Shown here piece by piece: positions 1-12,915 of a DNA stretch of 64,000 bases. How positions within the stretch are numbered: the first letter of the stretch is position 1; every line of letters begins with the position of its first letter. The DNA lies in the NCBI GenBank assembly GCA_002633005.1, contig NMRA01000145.1, forward strand, positions 86,789 to 150,788. Direction: 5' to 3'. Made by a program: the position numbers and the translations under genes. Source of the stretch: Phoronis australis (taxonomy: Eukaryota; Animalia; Phoronida). The notes under the pieces were generated by a model. That model did not search any database and was not told the origin of the DNA. It was given only the letters and a program-made list of their open reading frames with translations.

Positions 1-1519
1 TTCGGTAGTCAATGAACATCGAAGTAAACGGTAGGAGATACTGTCATCATCGAAGTTATCACAAGGTAGCGCTGCATGCTATGATTTTTTCAATGTGACA
101 ATTTGGGAAGATTTACATGTGCCAATTGTCATTAAAAATAATTTTAAATCGATTGGTTATTATTAGGGCAAAGTATAAACAGCTATTAGTGACGGCACTG
201 ACCCCGTAACTATAGACAATAACAGTGGCACCTGGCGATATTACTTTGATTGGACTGAATTTAACCGTTCATGCTGCACAGCAGCCTCGACACTGCGCTG
301 CTAAATCCACCAGTTAACTGCGATGTTAACTGGAGCTGTTAACTGCGATCCAGGACCGGAGTTAAGCGTTCATACTGACCGCAACTTCCCAAACCATCGA
401 CCTGTCGACTTTAGTATGAAAGGCCCTTATGACCTCAGGAACAATTTCAAGCTATTAAATGCTCACACAAATTTACATTTGCAATGAGTAAAACTTGCTT
501 TCCCCACTCCCCATTTAATGTAAATCAGCATTGAAAAGTTTATGTAAACACAATATATGAACAATTTGTGTTTTATCTGTATGTGTAATTGGCGTCACAA
601 TTACGTGGACTAAAGTAAGTACGAGCCATGGGGACCACTGCAAGTCCATTGATGTCCAGATTACTGCTGTACTGCAAAAACACCGACAAACCCTTTAACT
701 TTTTGATAGGACTTCTCAATGATTTTTAATTGTTAATACCATCAATATTTATTGTAAATGCAATAGTTAGACAAAAGGAATACATGTTTTGTACCCTATT
801 TATAACCATCATGGGTAAGATACAAAGATACAATTAAAAAGTAATGTACACTTTATTAGCACATGATGCATAATGAGTTAATATCATTTTAGCAATAAAA
901 ATGGAGATATTTTTATTTGTCCATAATGCGAAAGAGCACAATCCATAAAGATTACTTGAAATTGATTGTAGCAAATGAATTACGCATAAGAGCGCAGTTT
1001 CTGACTATCATGTCAGCAACCGAGATTCAGCACTGACACCATAAAAGGAATTAAAGAGTTAGTTGTCAAAATTGGGAATTGCTTTATCTGTCTCCTAATT
1101 GCAAGAATGAAGTTTGTGCTGTCCAAACAAAAAATTTCGACAAGGAGCTTCTGGTAATGGCCGACACAACACGTGTATTGTAAAGGGGGAAGCTTTATCC
1201 TATATCAAGGGTAATTTCTGTTCTTCGAGGGTCAGTTTGTTGTATATTCTACTTCATAATGTATATCCTTCAAAAACGCCGAGTCAGTAAGCACAATGCT
1301 GAGTTGAAGACTTCTACACAGAATGTCAAAGCCATATACACTTACACTCCTGAATGCAAAGCTATTGAAACAGTCTACACTTACACCTCTGTCATCAAGG
1401 CCCATGGCCGGCACTGGCACCAGGCTATACTCTGGATTCAACACTAAACGAGAAATAAAAGATGCACTCTCAGACAGCGAATTCAATTTTTTTTCACGAA
1501 ACTCCTACACTCTTTTCTG

Positions 1520-1945
1520 CTCAAACTACTGCCATTTGTGAGCTGTTAGCAGCTAAAGACCGTAACACTGAACTTTTGAGAAATGAGGCTGCCAACATGA
1601 AGAGTCACTTTGAGCACAAGAGTGAAAACCTTGAAGTTATGCTTAATGAACAAGCCTAAAGATGTCAAAACAGTCTCATAGTAAGTGGTTATGAAGAGAA
1701 AAGAGATGAGAACACAGATGACATTGCATGTACGTTCTCTAGATAAAGCGTATGAGCGCGAGTATTAATATCATGGACATTAGTCGTAGTCATCACCTTG
1801 GTGCACCCCCAAAGTCTTCAACCTCGAATAAACTAAGGCCTATAATTGCGAAGTTTGTCTACTTCAATGCAAAAGCCAAGTTCATTGCGAATTGAAAAGT
1901 ACTCTACAAATCTGAAAAGCCATTTTTTTGTGAACGACAACTACA
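1520..1945 (+). pseudogene. Degraded LINE ORF1 fragment (coiled coil plus L1/Tnp22-type RRM, CR1/L2-like)
   Basis: Translates, with stops and frameshifts, as ...NEQA*RCQNSLIVSGYEEKRDENTDDI...DISRSHHLG...RPIIAKFVYF...KVL...FFVNDN. Confidence 0.6.
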
Positions 1946-2394
1946 AAAAGAGCCAAAGTTTTCAATTGATCGTTTGGTCTGTGCAACTTGGCCCTATTTT
2001 AATCGTCTGCGCATGACTACGTTAGTCATGAACTCCATGTGACAAGCTATCACAACTTATCAGCTATTGGCACACTGTTTCCCAGCACGTCCATTGTGAT
2101 GTACAAATACAATTCTGACTACTAAATATCTATTATCGTGACGCTCGAATTTCATTATGCAGAAAAAAATACTATCTGAAAGGTTGCCTTTTCTGAATTT
2201 CTGGAACAGAACTGCAAAAATGTGAATTTTTACACAAAATTAATCTCTAAATGGGTAGTTATCCAAATTTTCGGGCAGCACGCTTTATCCAAAAATACTT
2301 GAGTAGTCTGAGGCCGGGTCAGATACCACTTGTTCGCGATTTTGGTCATATACTTCATGATATGATTTTAGTTTCGTAAAAATAACAGTGGTCA

Positions 2395-3710
2395 TAAATG
2401 GTATTTCAGTCGTTAAATATATTTATGTGAGCACATGGACATGTCTTACTCCTTCTCCCGCCCCCCTCACTTAGGACTAATTTTCCACTAATTCCTTTGT
2501 TTGGGACTACACATCGCATTCCCAGACTTCTTACGGGGCTATATTTATCACGTGTCTTAGAGTTTGGTCAGCTTTTGGCTCTCACAGGCTGATTTCGTCA
2601 CCTGTCCTTAAGGCATTCTTTGTTATGCAATCTCACGTTTCAGTTCATCTTCTTTGTTACACCCTCACTGACATATACGCCTGAAAACTTATATATCTTT
2701 TCCCACCCCTTAACCAACCCCCATTTCGGCATTCAAATTGTTGTTACCTTTACGTGGCTGGCGCTTTTTATTGCTCTGACATTTTACCAGTGAGAGATGA
2801 TGATCATCTTTATTTTACTTATTTTGGATTCTCTATAACTTTTAATTATATTCAACATAATAAATGACCTCATATTGCCTTCCTTGGGCTCATTTTCATC
2901 TTTTAGCCTCAAACCCACTACTGAATATTAGTTTGAAAGAATGAACTAACTGTGTCACCTGGTATCTTAGCAATTAGTTCGATATCGCTGTCTAAGCGGA
3001 AAAGATAAGCGAAGATCCCCCAATAGGAAAGTGTCTTTGGCCATCAACATTATTGCAAAGTGGAACTACAAAAATGGCAAATAGGTCTTAATAATATGAG
3101 AAATTGAGTACTATGTTTGAATCAAAAACTTCAGTGCTAGAAAGGTGGCTGTTTGTCTAATGAATACACCGTCCTATCAATTTAGGTTCGGCATATGTCC
3201 CGAGCAAAATATGTGCATCACAAACTTGTTACGAGAGACGAAAAGGAGACAGAGGTTGGCAAAATAAGGTCATTTTTTATGGCAGAATAAAATACAAAGA
3301 ACATGGGTGAAGATAAGATACAATACGTAAAGTAAGTGAGATGGGAAATAAAAAGTGTAACACGGAGGTACGAGAAGGTGCCATTAGTGATAGGAGACAG
3401 TGGGTTGGTAAAATTGAAATACTTAGACACGTATGTCTGAGACTAGCTGACACAAGGCAATAGAACTAGAACATGTGAAATGCACACAAAGGAAATTCCT
3501 ATAGACACGACAGTACTCAGCCTGTAAAAGCCAGGAGCTGACCCAAACTCAGGGCATATAATGATTACATAGACCAACTCAAAGGCTGGGAATAAACAAC
3601 AGCCCTGCATAAAAGAATCAGAGGACCTGTCTAAATTGAAAAAAGGGGGATGTAAGATAGAAGAGTCCCTAATGCTCACATAAATATATTCAACTTAGTG
3701 AAATATAATT
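2395..3710. repeat. Old degenerate inverted repeat (arms ~2395-2900 and ~3240-3710)
   Basis: Reverse complement of 2560-2592 matches 3517-3550 (tcagcctgt..agctgacc.aaactc); reverse complement of 2415-2433 matches 3673-3690 (tgctcacataaatatatt); colinear weaker matches in between. Confidence 0.65.
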
Positions 3711-4088
3711 TTCCAACCAAATTTCTTTGTGCCTTTCGTGAAATTTGCAGAAAATTTTATCAGAAATGGAATAAATTCCTAAAATCTATAATTTTCAGTA
3801 AAATTCCGATCCTGACATCATTTAAAGTGAGTGCATAATATATTATAGTTTGTTGAACAAAAGAAAGCTCTTCACTACTTGTGTGTAGTCCAAAAGAATA
3901 CGTAACCAAATTCGTATTTAACAGCCTTTTCACAAATGAATTTGACAAAAGCATATGTTTTTTCTCATGATATGACAAAATCTAAAATACAAAAATGCAG
4001 GATTTTATTTCCATCAATTTGAAAAACTGAAACAATTGTTTTCATTACAATTCTAGGATCCACGTGGAACAGAGAAGTGGTCCCCAAA

Positions 4089-5078
4089 ATGAATACAACA
4101 ACAAATTACACTCTCCGAAAATCATGGAGCACCTGGTCAATCTACAGCTACAGTGTCCTTGCTGTTGGCATTGTCATCACAAATGGCATACTTGTTACTG
4201 TGATTGGCAGGACTAAATCGCTTCACATCAACCGCCATATCTACGTGTTGGCTCTTGGATTGGCAGACTTCAGTGTTGGATTAGTTGCTATACCCATTAT
4301 AATGATAACTCCCGAGATCAAACTCTCCAAACACCAAAACTGCTGTCTAGCAATGATCAGTGTAAACTTCTATACAGTATTTTTGTCAGTAGGCGTGTTA
4401 TTCCTTCTTGCACTCGACAGGTGCTTTTTCATCACCAAACCATTGCGGTACCGCACATGGATGACAAGATTCAAGACTATCATGGCACTTGTAACAGTAA
4501 ACACATGTATACTTCTGTGGAGCTTTGCGCCACTTTTTGGATGGAACAAACTTTCACTTGGCCTCATAACCGGAGAGAACCTGAACTGTAATTCCCTACA
4601 TATATTGCTGCCAAATTACATTTTGGTAACAATGATTATATACTTCATTATGCAGAGTGCACAGATCACATGTTTTGCATTCATAGCCTACACCGCCTGG
4701 CGACACAGAAAGAATATTAACAAGATGAGATCCTCTACACAAACTCTGACCAATCGACCATCAATAAGCCTACGAGCAACTATAGTGCTAGCACTGCTAG
4801 TCTTTACATCTGCAACAGGTTGGATTCCACTAATGATTATCAACGCATTAAACTTGGATTGGTTCACATCTCATGAGGTTAAACCGCTTCACTTGAACAA
4901 AGTGAAGGATGTATTTATGCTCATAGCACTATTGACATCGCTGATAAACCCGCTTGTCTATGGATTTGGAACCGAGGCAATAAATGAAGCTACTCTGAAG
5001 ATGTTCCAAAGTACATGCCACAGAAGAGAAACACGGCACACTGACAATAGAGAGATTCATGTAATTACAACATTGTGA
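4089..5078 (+). CDS. Single-exon class A GPCR, orphan cluster member 1 (adenosine/GPR119-like motif pattern)
   Basis: 7 hydrophobic segments; TM1 N, TM2 LADF, TM3 Cys and LDRC, TM4 W..PLFGWN, ECL2 Cys, TM6 GWIP, TM7 NPLVY. First ATG at 4089 (ORF track starts at GTG 4077); N-terminal glycosylation sequons NTT and NYT. Confidence 0.93.
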   Translation: MNTTTNYTLRKSWSTWSIYSYSVLAVGIVITNGILVTVIGRTKSLHINRHIYVLALGLADFSVGLVAIPIIMITPEIKLSKHQNCCLAMISVNFYTVFLSVGVLFLLALDRCFFITKPLRYRTWMTRFKTIMALVTVNTCILLWSFAPLFGWNKLSLGLITGENLNCNSLHILLPNYILVTMIIYFIMQSAQITCFAFIAYTAWRHRKNINKMRSSTQTLTNRPSISLRATIVLALLVFTSATGWIPLMIINALNLDWFTSHEVKPLHLNKVKDVFMLIALLTSLINPLVYGFGTEAINEATLKMFQSTCHRRETRHTDNREIHVITTL

Positions 5079-5456
5079 AGAAAGCCATAAGCAGATCCGA
5101 TCGAAAATGAGAACCTTCATTTTGATAATCTTTTTTCACCAGAGGACAGTCTCCGAGCTGTTTAGAGGTGCTGAGAGTGACATCCATGTGTTGGACAGTA
5201 CCACATTAGAAACTGGAAACTCTTTAAATGCTCATCTGGAAGTTGAGAACAATAAGTGAGAAAGCTGTGCAATCTCTCCTACTCAAGCATGCCAGGGAAC
5301 TGATGTGGATTAATTTTGCAAATTATATAATGGAGATCAAGAAGTTAAGTGTGGTCTGAAAAGTAATACATTTGATACAACACAAGCAAGAATGCACGTG
5401 ACAAGTACGGAAACATAGCACAGAACAGACTGCCTGTGTATAACTGACCTGGAGCA

Positions 5457-6272
5457 GGAGCGTTCTAAAATTCCCTCAACCACCACACTTCACGACACCT
5501 GGGCCAACGACCCCCTTAACCCAGGACCCACAACCCCCTCAACGCAATCTACACAAGCTCAATTCAATCTGAACAACATGTGCTGACGTGCAAGACCAAC
5601 AAGTCGGGTCCTGAGCTCGGCTTGCTATTCCTAGTTTTTTTTGCAATTAAGAGTCGATTTGACAAGTTTGAAAGCCAAAACAGAAAAACAACATGACCAA
5701 ATCAAGACCTTCCAATGTTACAAATTAATGTTGTTCCAGGCAGTCTGTAATCGTTTCGTCTGCTTTTCAGAGAATGGCAGATTCAAACAAGCCTATTTGG
5801 GAAGAGTGTGAGGAACCAACAAAAATGTAATTTCATGTTTGAAAAAAATGTTAACTAAAAAGTATCTCAATGTTATATGGAGTATAGTGTAAAGGAATAT
5901 AGACAACAGAAAGCAAATAATAAAAATGCAAAATTATGTACATTCACATTAAAGCAATATCTCCCTACGTTTAGTAGAAGAGGGCTATTGGTAACCGCTC
6001 ATGGAACTATTTCTGAGACAACAATAGCAAGCTCACCACTTTCTGTTTTTAAACGCATCAGACTTGAGCTAGAGCAGATTTGTGGGTAGGTTTGTCTTAT
6101 GAAAAAGTCATTCAGCAACACAATATGATTGTGAAATGTGTAAAAAATGCAGATACATCTATTGCCACAGGTCGTGGGTCGAGGGGGTTGTGGGTCATGG
6201 GTTATGGGTCGAGGGGGGTCTTGGATCAGGAGGGGGTTGTGGGGTGTGAGGGTCAAGGGCTAAGAAGAATCC
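5457..6272. mobile_element. Non-autonomous DNA transposon with 9-bp TSD (Mutator-like)
   Basis: CCTGGAGCA at 5448-5456 and 6273-6281, single copy at the paralogous empty site 15204-15212; GG termini; inverted C-rich/G-rich subterminal repeats (gacccacaaccccctc). Confidence 0.75.
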
Positions 6273-9043
6273 CCTGGAGCATTGAATTCCCATGGGTTTT
6301 CTTCCTCACAACGCGTAAAAACAATTGGCCTTAACCTCATGGTAGACTAAAAAACGGACAGCAGTGAAAATGCCAAATTGATAGACACGGCAGGGAATCC
6401 ATTAGGGACACCACATATTAAGCCACAGCAAATTAGAATAGAAAAGCTCAACCATGTTGAGATATTAAAGACCTTGTTGCACATGATGTCAGAGTGCTAA
6501 AGCATGTTATAAAGAAGCCATCTGACAAAATTAATCCACAAAAAATACATAGAAGTCCGCACTTGGCACAATTTAGAACTGAGTCTGTCTACCATTTAAG
6601 CTTTACTGTTAAGTCGGAAGTGAAATTCGTTCAGGAATGATTGAATAATAAAAGTCTAGTCAGCAGTGCTAAGTGGATTTGACAATGAAAACTGGAAATA
6701 TTGAAAATATTGAAAATAAAGTGACAAACGCGAAAAACTAAGACACCACAGTCGACAAGGAAGTGAAAAATTCGGAAGGCTCAGTTGCATGAAAGTTATA
6801 CGCTACATAACAACAATGATGTTGCATCATCACGCATCAACTTGTTATTGTTGAACAATGCAAATGACGTCATGCAACAATCAAACTTATCCAGCAGGTA
6901 ATTTTGAAGTTTTATACAACCTAGCCCAGGTAAACACCCACACATTAATTCCGGTGATAGTGACAAGCAAACTGTTATCAAGTGGAGACTTAAAGTCCTG
7001 AAATTTGTACGCAATTGGAATGCAGTAGATTTCCAATTTTCCACTGCAGTTCCTAGTGACTTCAGCCAGACAAGCTTTAACAGTTGTAGTTAATACAAGC
7101 GGATGTGTCCAGATTCCTGTCGAAAATATTGATGGGTCCTTCAGCCAGCAATTATTGGTGGACATGTGGCATAAAACATGAACTTACTGCTTGGAGCTCT
7201 CAAAATGTTTTTTTAAATGTGCTATGAAGAAATATAGATTTAATACGATTTTCAATGGTTGTTAATTTATTTAGTATACCGTACTCGTCCGCGTTTCCGA
7301 CCAGGGCGCTTAAATTGGGAATCTAAAAAACAGGGTGTGGGCGGTAAGCCGAGCATGGGAGTTTAAAATCAAAATTTTTTAATAGTCTTGAGTTGTTGCT
7401 TATTAACTGCACAGAGGACCGATTTTACCCTCACGGAGCTGCACTGACGTGGGGCTTCAAGCATATCAGTTAAAACATAGGTCAGAGGATTGAAACAACG
7501 GTCTTCGACGGATTCTAGCAATAAGAGCCATGGGGATCACTGCAATTGCATATGTCCAGATTCCTGCTGTAGTGCAAAAATACCAACAAACCCTTTAGCA
7601 AACTACAGGGGACATGACCAAATATTAACTTGCTGATAGGACTTCTCAATATTTTTTGATGTTTTGCCAGAAATAAATGTTTAATAATATCAATATTTAA
7701 TATAAATGCAATAGTTAGACAAAACGTTCTGTATCATAATTAAGGTTGTGAACATCTTGGGAAAATAAAAATGAAAAAGTAATGAATATTCCATTAGTAA
7801 ATAATGCATAGTGCGTGATGTGTCAAGCCTAACACGTTTAAATTGATTTAGCATTAAAACAAGAGATATCTTTATTTGTCCATGATTCGAAAAAGCATAA
7901 CTCATGAACATTATTTGAAAATGATTGTTTAGCATATAGCAGAGTGTAATTTCCGAATATCATCATGTCAGTGACTGGGTTTCCGAATTGAAACTACAAA
8001 TTAAGAAACACTATGATAGGAATTAACGAATCGGTTGTCAAAAATAAGAATTGCTTTATCTGTCTCCCTAACAGAAAAAATGAAGTTTGTGCTGTCCAAA
8101 CACAAAATGTCAACAACATGGAGCACATGGCAATCTCACAGTCATCCACCAGCAACATTAGTGCTGTCTGGATCTGGGAAGAGTTTGACTGTCACTATGC
8201 TCTACATTTACTGTATTCATAGCAACGTTGTTTCTGTGGACCTTTAGATTCTTACATGGGGAGATTATTTCAAATATCATGAAATATGACTTTCTTTCAA
8301 AAAACGCATCATTTTATACAGACACAAAGAAACATGACAATGCACTGGTTATTGCAGTATTTAAATGCAGGGTTTCCCCTGCGTGTATCTGGGCAGCCCG
8401 CCACGCTCCTTTATTGGCCCCGCCACTCGGAAATCATGCTCAAATTGACCGCCACACACCTAATCGTGACAGGGAAAACTTCACCGAAACGCAAAAATAG
8501 CTAATAAAAATGATTGATAGCAAAAATGATCCCTAGTAAAATGATCACTTACCTAAGTAAAATGATCACTAGTAAACATGATCGCTAGTAATAATGAATA
8601 GGCATAAGTCACATGGCACCTTTCGCCGTTTGTGGACCGAACTGGAAAAATAATTTTATAATGGAATCTTGAATTGTGCCCCTCGATAAACACAATCACT
8701 CAATCTCCTTCCGTACCTTGTCTCTGCCTGGTTATCAGACAAAGCACAGAAACTGAATACGGCCGGGTACCAGACAACGACCTCGATACGAATTTTCTAA
8801 AATGGCAAAGCACAAGGGCTCGCTAATGAAGTGAATTGAAAAACAGGAATGTTTCTGTTCCATTCATTTTATCGTGTCCGAGTTTACCAAAGATATTGAA
8901 CAGCAATGTAATTATATTGCAGGGGGTGACATTCAACTGCTTAATCAACCACAGCCCTGCAACAAAACGACGACCCCCAAACTCCCGCGACCGACCTTGG
9001 TAAATTGGTCTACCGAACTTTGGAGCCTATGGTACATTCAAAT

Positions 9044-9391
9044 CATAGGCGGATTTGGGGGCCTACCCCCCCCCCTGGCAGACACAAAAAACAGCAAGAG
9101 CATGAAGAAATATCGAGTTTACTAATGAAATCCAACAAATAACGTACCAATGGAACAAGATTTAACAATGTGTGCAGTTAGTTAGTGTGTCCAAATCAAA
9201 CCGCTGGAGCGATCGTTTTCCGTTTTTTTTTTATTTATTACTCCATTTGAATTTTAGTAAAAGGTTCACATTCCCAGAATTTCAGGCCCCCCTATATTTT
9301 AGGCTAAGTGCGCACATGCAATCATGCTTTGCCCCATTGCCCAGACAAAATGTTGGCCCCCCCCCCTAATAATATCCTAGATCCGCCACTA
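9044..9391. mobile_element. Degenerate hAT-type MITE (GGCGGAT terminal family)
   Basis: Ends cataggcggatttgg and ctagatccgccacta resemble those of the MITE at 12453-12715; no TSD seen. Confidence 0.45.
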
Positions 9392-11391
9392 CAAGTACCT
9401 AAAAATCCGTAAAAGCGAAATAAAATAACACGTTTGTTCAATAACTCGATGTATTTGTAAGGGTTTTACATCGAATTTTGGTGATTTATTGGTGTAAAAC
9501 CATGAATTCAAGCGATTAGCTGACACCAGTAAGCATGTTGTGAACTGCTGAACAGACTGCAATCGAACCTCTGACGTTATTGGTTAATTTCAACACCTCC
9601 ATCTGCCGTCAGGTGCCAGGTAAAAGAGCTGTACTTGCTGTTAACGAGTAGAACTACTCGATATAAATTGATAAACTAGGATGTTCTTGGGTGGCATTCT
9701 CCTTTAAGGTTTTGTCTATGAGTAAACTTGTATCATGCACCAAACTGCACCCAATTACATCAAGTTTTTCAAATTTTGCCAACACCCCATGGGAGGATCT
9801 CACTTCCCATGCTCACATGTAGCGCCAGGTTCCACATCCGCGCCGAGCATTTACTACCTTGTTCGTTTTGAAACCCAGGCAATAGAGGGATCCCACTTCC
9901 CATATTCGCGTGTGGCAACAGGCTTTGGACCCGTTTTGGCCATTTACCACCAGGCTCCTTTCAAAACCCAGAGGAAACCCTGAGATGCATCTCACATCAT
10001 AGTCATATTGACATCAACATGAAAGAAAAGCAAAGCGTTGTTAGAATCTAGTATATCCAACAAGATTTCTTGACAATGAAAGAGCCAGTGATTGAAAACG
10101 TCCACTGACCACCAGCAACTCGTAAAAATATGTAGTATGCTGCATGAATTAAGTTTGAAAATACTAAACAGAAACCATAAACTACAGAATACTACGTAGG
10201 GTCACAAGCCAGTGCGTATAACCTTGAGCAGGAACGGTGCTTGAAAACTGCTTAATCCATAAATAATAGATACGCAGTGTATGTACAAATTTAGAATTAA
10301 TTTTCAATGCAACGTCAGTCACCCAACAATTTGTTAAACTATTTTATACACATTAACACGTCTATTTGAACTACAAGTCAAAAAAGAAGAGCAGCTTTTA
10401 AATTTGTAATTTAATAAAGTCACAGGGCTCACATCTACTGTTGTAGTTGTGGTCAAACAAGTGTGACTATCAGGTGACAAAACCTGCAGGACTGCATTGA
10501 ATAACCGAGATCGAACCAGTGTCAGGGCAGAAACACAGTGATTAAATTTTTGGGTAAGTGTAGTTACACTGCATTGAGCAGTGGTAGATGATAAATGAAA
10601 CATTACCAACGGATGATTCAACGGCCATGTCAGATGACTTTAACTCTGATGTAAGAGGAGCCTCTTTGTAAACTGCACATTTGATCTTTTCAAACTTCGA
10701 GTTAATCACTTCTGTAGTTAACAGACCTTGAAGTATTACTCTTCAATATTTTGGTTGTCATAATTATCGCAAAGCTGTACTACAAAAATTGTAAACAAGT
10801 ATAGTTCTTAATAATAAGAGAAACTGTGTACTATGTTTAAATCAAAAAGCTCAGAAAGGTGACCATTTGAATACACCGATAAATTTATGTTTGGCATATG
10901 TCGGGAGTACAATACGTTGAATGCAAGCCCCTTACCAGAAAAGGAAGACTGAGGTTGGTGAAATAAGGTCATTTGTTGTGACAAAATAAAATACAATAAA
11001 TGTGATGAAAATAAGATACAATATGTCAAATAAAATTATCTCTGGTCAGATGGGAAATAACAAGCACAATACATTACATATGAGAAGGTGCTAAAAGTTA
11101 TGAGAGGAACAGGGTGAGTAAAACTGAAATATTTAGACACGTACCAATAGAACTGGAACAGGCCTTTATGCAGCGTACGTCCTGGGCGTCCAAAGGAACG
11201 CCCTAACACTAATCTGGACTGCCCTGGCAAGGACACCCAATGTATCATTTGGACGCCCACTGTCAATAGGAACCTTTCAAGTTTTGACTCACACATTGTA
11301 ATGAATACTAGGAAGTCTCTGAAGGCTAACAGTGGGGGCTCTTTTTTCAAAGCAGGAAGAAATATACAATGTATGTACAAAGTATATGCAT

Positions 11392-12915
11392 CAGGGCTCA
11401 ACACTAACGGTTGCCCGATTGCCCGTGTACTTGTAGATTTTGCGTCGGGCAAGTGGAATTTGAAAACTACTTGCCCGATGGGCAAGTTAAAAAGCTGGCC
11501 GCATAGACAAGCAGATCCTAAGATTGTCTGCTTGACTTTTGCTCCGAAGTAACGAACCCCGACACAAGCCTAAAAACCATCGAAAAAGCCCGTGTGGCCG
11601 TCAAAGAAACTCAAGTCTTCGAATGAGCACCGAAAGGAAAATAGAACGAGTGTGATGCAGCATGCACAGATGACACCCGCGGTCAAATCCTTTCGATTCT
11701 CTGAACGTGCCCTGCAGTTTCTGAATAAGTTGTCACGTGATACTACTGATCGTCTGCACTCTGGCAAAACGTCCAAACAAGAAAGCCGTCCAGATGCTAA
11801 AAAAAGAGTTCAGGAAGAATCAAAGCAACAATATGAAACGAAAAGAGTGCGGGAATGGTTTCCGTCATGGGAAGTTAGGTTTCCTGGCCTGCGAGACAGT
11901 GAACAAGGGATGACGTGTGATTTTTGCCGGCGTTTACCCATGTATGATGTACCGAGCTGGAAGCACCGCGTTCGTCAGCGGATGTAAGTCATACAGATAA
12001 GCGCAAAAGCTAAAAAGTGAATGATTGACCACATATTTTCTACACTACACAGCAGTTTTCAAGGCCTGGTATTTATTCAGGGGGAATTCCAAAGGACATT
12101 CTTATGAATTCAAGGCTCCCGCTGGCGACTACCAAAAGAAGAGGAATTGTCGCTCTGAAGGGCGACTTTTTCGCGGCCTATCTATTTTTCAAAAATGTAA
12201 TTATTTATTGAAAATAAAAGTATATGTGGCATTATTATATGTTAAAATTTGATTTTAATTTAATACAAGGTACTGATGACCAAAACTGTGCAAGATTTTT
12301 ACGGATAGCAAAAATTCAAATTCAGGTTAAGCAAACTTTAATGCATGAGGGCGTATAAACTAATGAATACACAGAAGTGTCTAGAGTTCGACATGTCCTA
12401 GCTCATTTCGGCGCCTGTGAGCGTGAAACAATGGTTCAGATACCATAGTTACCAGGGGCGGATCCAGGGCAGGGAATAACCAGAATTTCGGCAGATGCGC
12501 GCGCTCAGGCTAAATTGTGGGGACGCAGAGGCCTCGAATGAGGACCTGTTGACTAAGAAAAAAAGGTAAACGGGTTTGTTCAGTTTGTTCAGGGCCTATG
12601 CGTTGTATATCACCCCCGATGAGCCCCTGCTTGCCCGCACCCGAACTCCCAAGTGGTATCTGGTAGAATTTCAGGGGGAGCCATGGCCCCCTTGCCCCCC
12701 CTAAATCCGCCACTGGCAATTCATGTATATAGCATGCACGACACAAGAGGAGGTTCAGCACAGGCAGCCCTACGGTAACACATTACCTAGGTGTGCACAT
12801 GCACGGTGCTATTTGGGATTGTACTTGGGGCAAGTGAATTTGTTGTTCGGGCAAGTAAAAATTTCAACTACTTGCCCGAAGGGCAGGTGGCTTAAAAAGT
12901 TATTGTTGAGCCCTG
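11392..12915 (+). mobile_element. hAT-like (hAT5-type) internally deleted element, 5-bp TSD, copy 1
   Basis: TIR CAGGGCTCAACA, subterminal TTGCCC/GGGCAA repeats, TSD TGCAT; remnant TTF-type zinc finger REWFPSWEVRFPGLRDSEQGMTCDFCR / AFVSGCKSYR. Confidence 0.85.
12453..12715. mobile_element. hAT-type MITE (innermost element of nest)
   Basis: Ends CAGGGGCGGATCCAG and CTAAATCCGCCACTG; absent from the second copy of its host element. Confidence 0.75.

Noticed and set aside
1-429. Right end of a Harbinger-like MITE (gtatgaaaggccc followed by tta)
   Set aside because: The partner end lies outside the window, so TIR and TSD cannot be verified.
3813-3820. Shared CRE-like TGACATCA upstream of GPCR1-3 and an EBF-like site near 29790
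   Set aside because: Short motifs are expected by chance, GPCR1 and GPCR2 are not independent, and there is no consistent position in members 4-7.
4370-4567. Recurrent antisense ORFs inside the GPCR genes
   Set aside because: These are shadows of conserved sense-strand codons; there is no independent evidence.
11592-11987. 131-aa ORF as a host gene
   Set aside because: It lies inside the hAT-like element and is frameshifted in the second copy; it is a transposase remnant.
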